Below, in pieces: positions 42,935 to 55,122 of a stretch of DNA of 64,000 bases. The notes below the pieces were generated by a model, which was given only the letters and a program-made list of their open reading frames with translations, did no database searches and was not told the DNA's origin. Made by a program: the position numbers and the translations under genes. The stretch covers positions 116,684,001-116,748,000 of the forward strand of contig NC_042998.1 of NCBI RefSeq assembly GCF_006345805.1, read 5' to 3'. Positions within the stretch are counted from its first letter, which is position 1; each line of letters begins with the position of its first letter. This DNA is from Octopus sinensis (taxonomy: Eukaryota).

Positions 42935-43382
42935 TTAAATTAATCTTACTTGGGACTTAGAAATCCTATCCCTATAACTAAAACACAAAAAACCTCTAAA
43001 ACGTACTGCTGTCATCATTTCTAAAAATAAACATTAAAAAATGTTTGGAATCACCTCAAAAAATAGCCAAGCAATTCCTACTGCTGTCCACATGAACATA
43101 TATAAAGAACAAAAGACAGCAAGCCAAGTACAGTTGAACCATTCCAGTCACAACCTGGGACCTTGAAGACTGTTTAAATGCAAGAAAGTATACTAGTCCC
43201 TTAATATTTGATATTTAGTATTTCATCTATTTAATAAGACAACCAATACTTCATTTCATTTTACTATATATACTATTTATACTACAAATTCTATATTCTA
43301 CATTAATATTATAAAGAATATGAATAAAACATAAAAAAACCGAGTTGGAATTCCAATATACATACGTATATATATACATATA

Positions 43383-43414
<32 letters not shown>

Positions 43415-43435
43415 CATATATACGTACATATACAT

Positions 43436-43477
<42 letters not shown>

Positions 43478-43483
<6 letters not shown>

Positions 43484-43596
43484 GAAGGAGCTTCTACAGG
43501 ACTAGAACTGTTTCATTCAAAAGAAATCATCAGGAGCTTCCTGATGATTTCTTTTGAATGAAACAGTTCTAGTCCTGTAGAAGCTCCTTCTATATA
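43478..43596. repeat. Perfect palindrome, 58-bp arms and 3-nt loop (gct), containing the hammerhead
   Basis: 43478-43535 is the exact reverse complement of 43539-43596. It abuts a (TA)n array on the left. Confidence 0.97.
43533..43587 (+). ncRNA. Type I hammerhead ribozyme motif
   Basis: Stem I GGAGCTTC (43533-40) / GAAGCTCC (43580-87), 8 bp. Core CTGATGA (43541-47). Stem II T-TTC-TTTT-GAA-T (3 bp plus a non-canonical U-U at the base). GAAA (43560-63). Stem III ACAG / CTGT with loop TTCTAGTC. Cleavage triplet GTA ending at 43579. Confidence 0.75.
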
Positions 43597-43670
43597 ATAA
43601 ATTAATTTACTCTGCTATGTATTGAGTACCTTATTTACTGTGGTTAACCCCGACTCAACCCGGGACCTAC

Positions 43671-43764
<94 letters not shown>

Positions 43765-43773
43765 CATATATAC

Positions 43774-43823
<50 letters not shown>

Positions 43824-43825
43824 TA

Positions 43826-43875
<50 letters not shown>

Positions 43876-43958
43876 TATAAATACCTCATACTACATACAT
43901 TTTATGTACTACTAATAGTTTCACGTACATAAGGCGCTGATGGCTCCAAGTGGTATGG

Positions 43959-44200
43959 ATCTATGTTTCTGCGAAGCGTAATTGTCGTTTTTGTTTTCAG
44001 AACGACTCTCTTAAACCGCAATCGTGCCAATCATGTTACTTATAATTATGCAATCGCCAGCCCTTGTAAAGGGGTTGAATATGCACAATTAACTTCTGTA
44101 AAAATCAATAAAATGAGTACTTTATCATTATTGGCACGATTGCGATTTAATGGAGTACACTGAAAACTGAAAAACTATCAGGCTTCGCACAAACATGGAT
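43959..44200. mobile_element. Old MITE-like element with degenerate terminal inverted repeats
   Basis: Left end atctatgtttctgcgaagc vs right-end reverse complement atccatgtttgtgcgaagc (17/19 identical). Looser similarity extends to gttttcag at about 45 bp. Confidence 0.55.
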
Positions 44201-44509
44201 TTATTTACTACTTGGAGGAACATACCTATGTACGTGAAACTAATGTTAGCGCATTTAATTCATATAATATGATGCATTTTTTGTAAAGGATTTAGTCGAA
44301 CGAATCAAATACTGTCCAATTAGGTTTTTTTTTTTATTTACCTTGGTATTTATTCAGTCCGACGTTTTCTTGCCGAACTAGTAATTCATGGGGAGATAAT
44401 TTGAAGATCAATCTAATAAACACGTTTGTATACACACAGATACACGTACACACTCACATACACGCAAATAAACTTACACATGCACACATACTCACTCATA
44501 CATATATAT

Positions 44510-44664
44510 CACGGATTTCTTTCTGTTTCCATCAATGAAATCCACGCACAAAGTTTTAGTCAGCCCGAAGCTTACCAGAAGACGGTTGCCGAAAGTGCCA
44601 CTGAGTGGGACTGAACCCGGAAACATGTAGTCGGGAAGTTAACTTTTGCCAGGCAATTACGCCT
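44510..44664 (-). mobile_element. tRNA-derived SINE
   Basis: Minus strand AGGCGTAATTGCCTGGCAAAAG...TTTCCGGGTTCAGTCCCACT (A box and B box GGTTCAGTCCC), then gtggcactttcggcaa..ttcgggctgactaaaac..gtggattt. Confidence 0.7.
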
Positions 44665-44821
44665 AACCGTTGAGTTATATGTTTGTCTCTGTGTGAGCGT
44701 ACATGCGCGCGCTTTCGTATTTGTGTTAGCTTTGCCTGAGACAGGGCCAAAACGTACAAAAAGATAATTTTGATGATGTAGTTGCCAATATACTAATACA
44801 CGTGATGGTGACGGCGGAATA

Positions 44822-44867
<46 letters not shown>

Positions 44868-44885
44868 TATAGATAGATAGATAGA

Positions 44886-45344
44886 TACATTATACATAAG
44901 GGCTTAGTAAAATAAATTACTTTGCCACATACTGAACTGATTAGAATAGCAGCTAAAGAAATTTCTTCAGCTATTTCTAATACTTAAAGAAGATCTCTCT
45001 CAGATAGTGTTTGCCTAAACTAACTCACAAAAGTATGGGGGAAAAACATTAAAAAATCAAGTGCAAAGGTTATTTGAGAACGTACGTTTCTAGATTAGTC
45101 AATTCTGAGCTGAAGAAGAAATGTCGAATTGACTAATCTAGAACGTACGTTCTCAAATAACCTTGCACTTGATTTTTTAATGTTTTTCCCCCATACTTTT
45201 GTGAGTTAGTTTAGGCAAACACTATCTGAGAGAGATCTTCTTTAAGTATTAGAAATAGCTGAAGAAATTTCTTTAGCTGCTATTTCTAATGCGTTCAGTA
45301 TGTGGCAAAGTAATTTATTTTACTAAGCCCTTATATATAATGTA
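44886..45344. mobile_element. Fold-back element: ~220-bp near-perfect inverted arms with a 20-nt spacer (unclassified, MITE/foldback-like)
   Basis: 44886-45105 pairs with 45126-45344 with only a few mismatches and indels. Spacer is tgagctgaagaagaaatgtc. Confidence 0.85.
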
Positions 45345-45444
45345 ATATTTTGAATTCGCCTATAATGGTCCCTTTACATACTGAATACTTGGTGAAATTG
45401 ATTAATAATTAATTAATTTTACCCTCAATTGTTGAAATTATATG

Positions 45445-45516
<72 letters not shown>

Positions 45517-45556
45517 TATGTATACATATATATATATAATATATATATACATATTA

Positions 45557-48255
45557 CTTTTTTTTTATCTACTTTCAGCTCACGAGCTGCGGCCATGCTG
45601 GGCACCGCCATTTGGTGTTGGTACATGATTTTACTTCACGAATGCATTTTAGCAACTGCCATTTGGTGCATGAAAGAGTTCGATGCAGCTGCCCTCATCT
45701 GCACCTCCTGCCGTGAAGTTGGTTCATCCGGGACACCTGACAGGAAGAGATCCATTCTTACTTTACAGACACCCGCATCCACCCCATGCAGGTCCCTCAG
45801 GTTCTTCGGGAGGATATTGAAGACCTGTGGCTCTCTGAAGCCCAGGCTATCACAGTAACTTGTCCTACATCTTGATGGCAAATTTGGAGTTCTTGGCACC
45901 ACGCAGTGGCGCCCAGTTCTGGCATTTGTGTAACTCTCGATGCCAAAGTTTGGGACAAGTCCTTCCAGGATCTTCCAGATGTATATTATGGCATATCTTT
46001 CTTGCCTACGCTCCAAGGAATAGAGTTTTAATCTCTTGAGTCTTTCCCAGTAGCTTATATGCTACACAGAGGCTATCTTCTTCGTGTAGCTTCGTTGGAT
46101 CGCCTCAAGTTCTGTGATCAACTTGACACTGGATGGTGACCATAGCTGAGAGTAATAGTCAAAGTGGCTTAGGACAAGTGTCATCCAGAGGACCATCATG
46201 TTTTCTTGTTCTCTTGTTCTAAAGGTTCTAAGAATTCATCCGGCCAGCCGTCTACATTTCGTTGCCAATTTAGCAACATGTACATGAAAGGTTGCGTCAT
46301 CACTTATGTAAATACCCAGGTCACGCACTGATTGTGCCTCTCTGATTGCAGTCCCTCCGGGTCCAGTGTATTCATTGGGTATTGCATTTAGATTAGCATG
46401 CTGATAGCATAAAGCTTGAAACTTTTCAGCATTGAACTGCATGCTATTCTTTTCAGCCCACTTGTATATTTTGCCCAGCTCACATTGCAGGTGCTTAGTG
46501 TGTTCAGGGTTCTGTATTACCTGTGAAACTTTTGTATCATCTGCATAACTTGTGATCGTGGCTCTCTGCGTGGCTGAGGGCATGTATGTGAGGGCTATTA
46601 TGAACAGTAGTGGTCCCAAAACAGTGCCCTGCGGAACACCGCTCACTATTTGCGTGTTAATAGAAGTGGCCCCATTGGCTACTACCACCTGACTTCTATC
46701 CTTCAGAAAGTCATGAAGCCATTCTCCCAATTTTCCAACTATGCCAAGATCACGCAGTTTGTGACATATCATTCCATGATCGACTTTATCAAAGGCCTTT
46801 GCAAAGTCGAGATATATCACTTCCACATTTGAGTGGTTGAGCAGTCGTTTCAGCACCCAGTCATAGTGTTGTAGGAGCTGAGTTAAGCAGCTTCTTCCTG
46901 GTCGGAAACCATGTTGGGTGTCAGGCAGCAAATCATTTACTTCAAGGAAGGTTATTAGTTTCCTTCTGCCTATTTGTTCCATGACCTTGCTGATGTGTGA
47001 GGTCAGAGAGATAGGTCTGTAGTTCTTGGCCTCCGCTCTGCTACCTCCTTTATGAATAGGGCATATTTTACCTTCCTTCAGTTTTCTTGGACGTTTGCCA
47101 GTTTCAAGGAAGCTTTGAAAGAGGAACTGCACTGGTGTTGCTAGGACTCTCTACCATGGTCAGCTCTACCATGTTGTGATCCGAGAGTAGAGTCGGTGTC
47201 ACTTTCACATTATAGATGAGATCCATATTATTTGTGAAGCAGAGATCTCTGGTTGGTTGGAGTATTGCTTGCTCCATGTACAGGCTGTCAATGAGGTTCA
47301 GGAGGGACGTCGCCTGTCCTCGTTCACATCGTGCCATTCCTGGGAGAGAAAGGCCCTCGGGCCATCTGACATTGAGTAGATTGAAGTCTCCCATAAGAAG
47401 TACACTTATGTGTTGTTCTAATGTGAGTAGAACTTCTTCTATTTTTATAAGGCAGTCTTCAAACTTGCCTACATGGCTTGGGGCATATGGAGGGCGATAT
47501 GTAGCACACACAACTACACCAAGTTGCCTCATATGTACAATTAGTGTGTCACACACCGAGTTTGAGTATGACAAAAGGACCTGGGGTGTGAGGTCCTCAC
47601 GGATGTACATAGCAACTACTCCATGACTCCTTTCTTTTCTGTCGGTCCGTAGTACAACATACTGTGGTATGTGTAATTCCGCATCTGCTATGTCCGGTTT
47701 CAGGTGTTTATTCCGTAAGTGCTATGCATAAGGCTTGATTGCATGCAACAAAGACTCTCAAGAACGGGATTTTTGTCCTGTTACTGAGTGTTAGCAGTCG
47801 TCTGAGGTTCAGTAGGAGCATCGAGGTGAAGTGTATGCTGTTGCCGGCGGTGTCCACCTTGGGTCTATTTGCTGTGGTGGTCTTGTGTATTGTGGATAGT
47901 CCCATCTGCGAGTTTGAGTTTGATGGAGCCAAGTTAGCCGCTGTACAATCTTTTGTGTCATGCACAAAATGGATTCTTGTTCAGCAGCTGCCCTTTCAAT
48001 AACATGTTGGCGGTTTGTAGCACGCACCGCATCTGCGTACCTTCGTTTTGGGGCAGGTGGTGCGTGGTCCATCCCTTTTCCTTTTGGTAGTTGGCTTCTG
48101 ACCTGTTTCGTGTCTCTGCGGCAGGGTCCCCGATGTGCAAAACTGCAGCCTGCACCTTCCTCTCCATGCCAGCAGACACCCCTCAGGTAGAACCTACACA
48201 CACGTGTGCGCTGTCTGTTTCCATCCTTTTTGGTAGATGGATAGTCAGGTTTGCT
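45557..48255 (-). mobile_element. Near full-length CR1/Jockey-group LINE related to 16089-18156: ORF1 remnant with CCCH finger, APE endonuclease, RT, 3' tail; internal deletion of the EN-RT linker
   Basis: ORF1 remnant [25 protein letters not shown] motifs [21 protein letters not shown] and LSDHNMV. RT in ORF 46236-47132 (YLDFAKAFDKVDH, PQGTVLGPLLF, YADDTK). The EN end is joined directly to RT at ~47130. The 3' tail GGCGGTGCCCAGCATGGCCGCAGCTCGTGAGCTGAAAG + A-rich tract matches the other copy. Confidence 0.95.
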
Positions 48256-48342
<87 letters not shown>

Positions 48343-48372
48343 ATACATACATATATACATATATACATATAT

Positions 48373-48418
<46 letters not shown>

Positions 48419-48426
48419 ATATATAT

Positions 48427-48496
<70 letters not shown>

Positions 48497-49404
48497 TATG
48501 TATGTATATTCTCATATATATATATATATATAAATGTATATATACGTATGTATGAATGTATATATGTATGTATGTATGTATGCACTCACACCCACTCACT
48601 GTCCCTCGCTCACACAAACACACATGGACAAACACATAGAATGTATGAAGATGGACGTATAAGTGTCTATTCAAGTATGTTCGTGTGCGTTGCTTTGTGT
48701 TCTTAAGGAGATGCTCAGTGTTTCTGTATGGAGAAATCTAATAATTTAGGCCAAACATCTATAACTTTTACGCTGAAATGCAGAAAATCATACGATTTCT
48801 CAAATCATCTTATGAAATTTTAGCAAATTATATTTGATACTAGACCGAAGCTTCTCTAACCAACACTTATATGTCACTAGATATGAAAATTACTTCCTTT
48901 GATGTTGTACAAAACCAAGTAAAGTTTAAGACGCATCCTTTATCGATGATTTTCATCAATTTCACTTGAACAAAATTATCTTATATATGTTCAAGCTTCA
49001 AATTCTTCTTTCGCTGATAATCACATATTCTCAGATACGTCTCTGAGTGGATGGAACTCTATGTGCTTTACTACAGTGAAAGGTTTTAGTTACTGTAACA
49101 ATAAGCATCAATCATACAAGTACTCTTAACTTTGGGTTTTATATCAACATTATCCGTTCGATGTAGTACACGATTTTGATTTCTTAATATATTTTTGATA
49201 TTATTTAATGATTTCACTCGTCGGCTTGTAGCGATATATTAGAAATATACTCAAGTGAACCGACCCTCAAACATTTGTCCCTTTCTTTAGCTAGTCTTAA
49301 TTGTGTTGTGAAAAGAAACCTCATGTTTGGGATTTACTTTCAGAATGAAGAGGAAAATTTATATATATCACATGTTTTGATCCATCATGAAAAACTTTCC
49401 CAGC

Positions 49405-49459
<55 letters not shown>

Positions 49460-49460
<1 letters not shown>

Positions 49461-49860
49461 AAAGAAGAAGATGTAACAGGAAAGGAGAAAGCAACAATAC
49501 TATGGGATATGTCAATACAAACTGAGAAGTTAAGGCCAATAGGACAGATATGCTTTCTCATTGATATATCAATAGCAACAGATGACACCGTTTCTCTAAA
49601 AGTAACGGAGAATCTTTCAAAATACAAAAACAGAAACAATTCCTATCATAGTGGGCGTATTAAGTATGATAAAAATATTGAAATACATAAGAAAATGTAA
49701 CATACAGAAAATAACACTACTATGCACTGTACATCCTACGCAAAACACTTTCAATATAGTAAGCATAAGAGCATCACAGCAAACCACAGCACATACCAAG
49801 GGCACACAAAGCTTCGCTCAGTAATGTAGTGAAAGCACGTTATAAGAATAAAATTACTGA
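49460..49860 (+). mobile_element. Second, more decayed Dong/R4 3' fragment, also flanked by (AAT)n
   Basis: KATILWDMSIQT..RPIGQ..LIDISIATDDTVSLK..LSKYK. The 3' UTR (gagcatcacagcaaaccacagcacatacc...gcgttata/gcacgttata) matches 24510-24600. Confidence 0.8.
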
Positions 49861-49874
49861 ATACTAATAAAAGT

Positions 49875-49877
49875 GAA

Positions 49878-49961
<84 letters not shown>

Positions 49962-50055
49962 AAGAGAAGAAGAAGGAGAAGAAGAAGGAGAAGGAGGAGG
50001 AGGAGGAGAAGAAGAAGAAGAACAACAACAACAACAACAATAATAATAATAATAT
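49875..50055 (+). repeat. Compound trinucleotide array (AAT)n-(AAG)n-(AGG)n-(AAG)n-(AAC)n-(AAT)n
   Basis: Direct reading. Confidence 0.95.
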
Positions 50056-50389
50056 TTTCTATTATAGGTACAAGGGCCTGAAATTTGAGAAATCATCGAT
50101 AAAGGATGAGTCTTAAACTTTCCAGTGATTGTAGGAGTTGGAATAAGAAACAAAAGGAACTGAAATTTAAGCAAAAACTGCAAAACATTGTTTTAACTGA
50201 TACGTCACACGTATTGAGAAGAGCATCGTCACTAAGAATTTCCGTTCCTTTTTCCTCCTTTATTTTCTTTGTTTTCTCATTTTTTTTTATTACTTTTTTT
50301 TTTTTCATATTTAAAAAAAATTGTCGGCTTTATAAAATCAAAACAGCTAACAAATGACACAAGCACCACTCTCAGGCTGTAACTAAAAG

Positions 50390-50660
50390 AGAATATGCAA
50401 CTATTCTTTTGCACTTCCCAGTATGTTCTGACCGGACAATCAAAGCAAATAAACCAGATATTATTGTGAAAGACAAAAACAATAAAGTTTGTAAAATGAT
50501 TGACATGAGTATACACTGTGACCATAATATCTCGGCAAAAGAATTTGATAAGCTCAGAAAAAATAAAGTTTGATAATCAATATAGAAATGGTGTGGCATA
50601 TCAAACCAGTTACAATACGAATGATTGTAGGAGCACTTGGAAGGTTCAAGAAAGTAACTA
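50390..50660 (+). mobile_element. Third Dong/R4-like RLE fragment
   Basis: DRTIKANKPDIIVKDK..MIDMSI..NISAKEFDKL..MIVGALG, homologous to the RLE region at 24170-24390. Confidence 0.7.
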
Positions 50661-50893
50661 AAAATTATTGATTTAAAAAAAAAAAAATTCTCCCTGCCTT
50701 CCCCTTTTTCTCTATCACATGACTTTGTAAATGATCAATCTAGTATGTTTATTTTAATGATCTACCAATATATATTGTACGTTTCTCTACCCTAGGTGTA
50801 TAGAAGACACTAGACAAAAAATCGAAACAGAACCGAAAGATGCTAATGAAAATAATAATAATAATAATAATTATATTATTATTATTATTTTTA

Positions 50894-50947
<54 letters not shown>

Positions 50948-51924
50948 TATTATTATTATTATCATTATCATCATAATGATAATAATGATAATCTTTAATA
51001 TAAAGGAGAAAAGTATGGCGTGAGTGTATACATCTCTACATATTTCTATGCATACACACACATGTATGTATGTTTTATTTTAACATTCCTTGACAAGAGA
51101 GAACGATCGATTTTCTAACCAGGGCGTTCTTGTGTGTATGTATATGCATGAATGTATGTATTTAGATTTGTATGTATGTAAATAGGTAGGTAGGTAGCTA
51201 GGTATCAATCCGTATCCATAGATTGATAGATTGATAGAAATATAGATATATAGAAAGACAGAATGTATGTCTCAGTCTGCATTCCAAGCGATATCCAAAC
51301 TAATAAGATACTGCAAATCAAAAATCACATGCATTCATTTTTTACGATGGTTTTGGTAACTAGGTAAAGTAGTTACATGAACAATATCGTATATACAAAT
51401 ATTATTTATGATATAAAAATTGTGCAAGTTTATACTATAATTAAAGAAATGGAAAAAACATCGGTCCTCTTCACAGAAGTTCACGCTGTATATTGGAGGA
51501 ATCTGTCATATAAATACTATAAAATGGACGGGGCTTGAAGCTCATAGAGGAGCAATATGAGGTTAATATGATCTACAGTATCATTCGGGTCAAATGCTGT
51601 ATGGTCAAATGTGTGAAATTTTTACTAAACAATGAAAAATAGATTTAGATTCTAGGTGCTGCAATCAGGGATATTCTCGAAAAGCCAAATTATTGGGGGT
51701 AAGAATGCCTAAAGAAACATAGAAATAGCATAAAATAAAAGAGAATGGGAGGAGTAACATTATATAGTATTGTATTTAAGTATATGTGATCCCGTATATT
51801 GATTGCTACTAAAATTCCTCTGGGTGTCAAGACGATTATAGCTGATTAATAGGTGTACTAAAATGAATTTTATTCCTTCGATTGCTTTATACATATATAA
51901 TACATGCATATAGATTATACATAC

Positions 51925-52034
<110 letters not shown>

Positions 52035-52550
52035 TATATATATATTATATATATATATAATATATATATATATAATATATATATATGTGTGTGTGGAAAG
52101 TACCCTGAATGCAATTAGACGGGTAGCTACCACAGACTTTCGCGGTAACTCATCATCTACTTCGATTCGATGGTAAATCGTCTAACACTAGCTTTCATGT
52201 ACTCCAGTATCCTCTCTAAATAGTTCAAGCCCGAAGTTGTATCAAATAACAAATGCATCCATCTTGCTTTTCTCTCCATAAGGAGAGGTGTGAGAAGTCA
52301 GTGTTACAAAAAGATGGGGAGATTTCATTTTACGAAAGAAATGGAAATATAATTAACAGTGTTTCAGTAACAGACGGGCAAATGAATGGAAATAAATCTG
52401 ATCACAATGAAGTGGTAACATACAAAAAAAAAATGAGGGATAAGAACGGTATGAAATAGATAATTTGGAAAAGAGAAACAGATAAAAATAATATATTCGC
52501 TACGTAAAAATTGAGAGAGGTAGAATCTGAGTGAGAGAGAAAGAAAAGGA

Positions 52551-52588
<38 letters not shown>

Positions 52589-53224
52589 CAAACAGATAGA
52601 CAGACAAGGTAGCCTCTGACTTTCAGAATTTCTCCCATGTAAGGTGGCATTGATACTGGCTACATTTGGCGTTCAGAAGTGTTTCACCTCAAAATGTATT
52701 ATCCGAGAACTTTTCCAGTGTACAATTTCCTTGCACTGGCATCAATATGTCAGTTGAATCACACGACACATCTTCAGTGAAACACAATGTTCTCTGAATT
52801 TGCTGTTCTAATAGATATAGTATAATTGAAAGCATCCTCTTCATTAGAACACCTTCTAACGTCATTCAATAACTACTGCTAAACATATAAAAATGGTACT
52901 AAAAAGTGGTACTAAGCAAGAAAAAATAATATTTACGGCAGACAAAATAAAATAATAATGCCTTTTGAATCTTGATCTATTTTTTAAATGTTAAACCCAA
53001 ATTGCACAGAAATCACTATTATATACAACAATGGAGGCGTAATTTTTGCAACAGATACCTGCGCATTCAAGTTTGAATTTTAGATCAACAAACCAAATTA
53101 CAAGACATATATGGAATACAAATATGAATACAAACACACACGCACATAATCGCACGCATTTACACACACACTCACTCACACTCACACTTACACGCACATG
53201 CACACACACATGCATGTATCTACA

Positions 53225-54075
53225 TATTTATATTATCAGCCTGACATCCATCGTCTGCAAAGTCATGGAGACCGTCTTCAAGAAATCTTTCATAAACCAT
53301 CTCCTTACTTCAAATGCTATATCCTATACGAAGCATGGATTTCTACCCCAAAGATCTTGCCTAACAAATCTTGTCCTTCTTGAAGAGTGGATTACAAGGA
53401 CCATGGAGGAAAAAGAGTCGGTGGACGTGGTAATATTGGCCTTCGCAAAGGTGTTTGACTCTGTTAATCACCGACTTCTCTTGCACAAACTTCAAGCATA
53501 CAAGATTCGCCCATTGGTGACTTCATAGATTTATTCCTTCCTGAGCCATCGAACATTTCTGATGCAGATATATGGAGATCTCTCCGCAGAGATGAATGCC
53601 AGCAGCAGCGTTCCACAGGAGTCGGAGCTGGAACCAATTCTTTTCCTTCTATATATCAATGACCTGCCAGATTTTCTTGATGGAAGAATCCTCTTATTTG
53701 CAGACGACGTCAAACTTGTCTCACCTAGGAATCAATGCGACATACTCCAATCGTCGCTGAAGTGAGCTTGGAATTGGGTGGAACGGGTTCAACGCTTATC
53801 CACCCGAATGGTCGGATAAGCTTACGTATGTCTAAGCTTACGTATGAGGAACGTCTCCAACGGTTGATATTAACTTCACTCGAACGTCAGAGGGTGCGGG
53901 GAGATTTCATCCTGGCTTTCAACATCTTCAACAGGAATGTAAGCCTACCATTTGAGAAGTTCTTCACCCCTATGCCGGATAGGGGTCTACGTAGACATGA
54001 TCGCAAACTCTAACCCCGAGACTTTCGAATCAACAGGTGGAAGGCCGCATTCTCTGTTCGTATCGCAGTCCCGTG
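53225..54075 (+). mobile_element. Decayed CR1-type LINE RT fragment (a different family) with an internal deletion
   Basis: ISLTSIVCKVME, HGFLPQRSCLTNL, AFAKVFDSVNH, VPQES.LEPILFLLYINDLP, LFADDVKL, then YEERLQRL.LTSLERQRVRGD. A 14-bp tandem duplication (taagcttacgtatg) lies near the deletion junction at ~53818-53848. Confidence 0.85.
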
Positions 54076-54559
54076 CAAGAAGCTACCATAAGATACCATT
54101 CGACTGCCCGCCACTCCCCTGTTCTGGACAACTGCGGCAACTATATATGATATTGTATATAACAATAACTGTATCTTTTTTTTATTTTACATGGCTTAAG
54201 TACATTGTGCTCTTCTGCCAATAAATTTAATTTGATTTCATATATATATAAATACATACATACATACATACATACATACCTACATACATACATAATACAT
54301 ACATATATATATATACATACATACATATATACAAGTATTCCTTCTGCAGTTTTCAATGCAATTTCTTTCGAGTCGTTTGACGATGTCTGTTATCATTGAA
54401 CATTATTAAAAATTGCATATCCATACACGTACATACTTGGATGGATGTCTCTCTGTTAATCACTTTCCCTCCCTTTCACACTATTAATGTCAACATATAT
54501 AAACCTGTGCATTTATGCATGCATGTATGTACGAACGTACATACATACATGCATGGATA

Positions 54560-54927
54560 TCATTATTCAGTTTTATTTTAAGACTTCCTGCCATTAGAGA
54601 AAAGCCGGTTTGTAACCTAGATCCATCTCTCCCTCACTGGAATTTCAACAACATCAGAATAGTATATTTGTATGTATATACGCATAAATGCAGAATTGTA
54701 TGCTTTACGTATTTATTTTCATTCATATAGTTTCATATCTAGACATGCTCATATAACCGTCAATGATAAACATCTGGAAAATGTTATCAGACATTTATCA
54801 GAAATCTTTACAGACTCCAGTGGTATCTAGAATCTGTAGTTTTCGAATCAACGATCTCCTTTCTGGTTTTGAGAGACTTAAATTCTCAAGATAGGTATTT
54901 CGGCTCTGTGTTTCATATCTGAGTACC
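54560..54927 (-). mobile_element. 3' end of a probable RLE-type LINE (copy 1 of 2)
   Basis: Minus strand [31 protein letters not shown] resembles RLE-element C-termini. The 3' end AATAAAACTGAATAATGA is shared with 12342-12640. Confidence 0.5.
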
Positions 54928-55070
54928 GTATGTATGTATGTATGTATGTATGTATGTATGTATGTATGTATGTATGTATGTATGTATGTATGTATGTATG
55001 TATGTATGTATGGATGGATGGATGGATGGATGGATGGATGGATGGATGGATGGATGGATGGATGGATGGA
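54928..55070 (+). repeat. (TATG)n-(GATG)n compound tetranucleotide array
   Basis: Direct reading. Confidence 0.95.
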
Positions 55071-55122
55071 TATGAGTGCAAAAATTAGGATAATATCACA
55101 ATGTATATACTTAGGAAAAGGC

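Noticed and set aside
45106-45130. CTGAAGA..GAA in the fold-back spacer as another hammerhead
   Set aside because: No stem II, GAAA is replaced by GAAT, and there is no stem III or NUH site.
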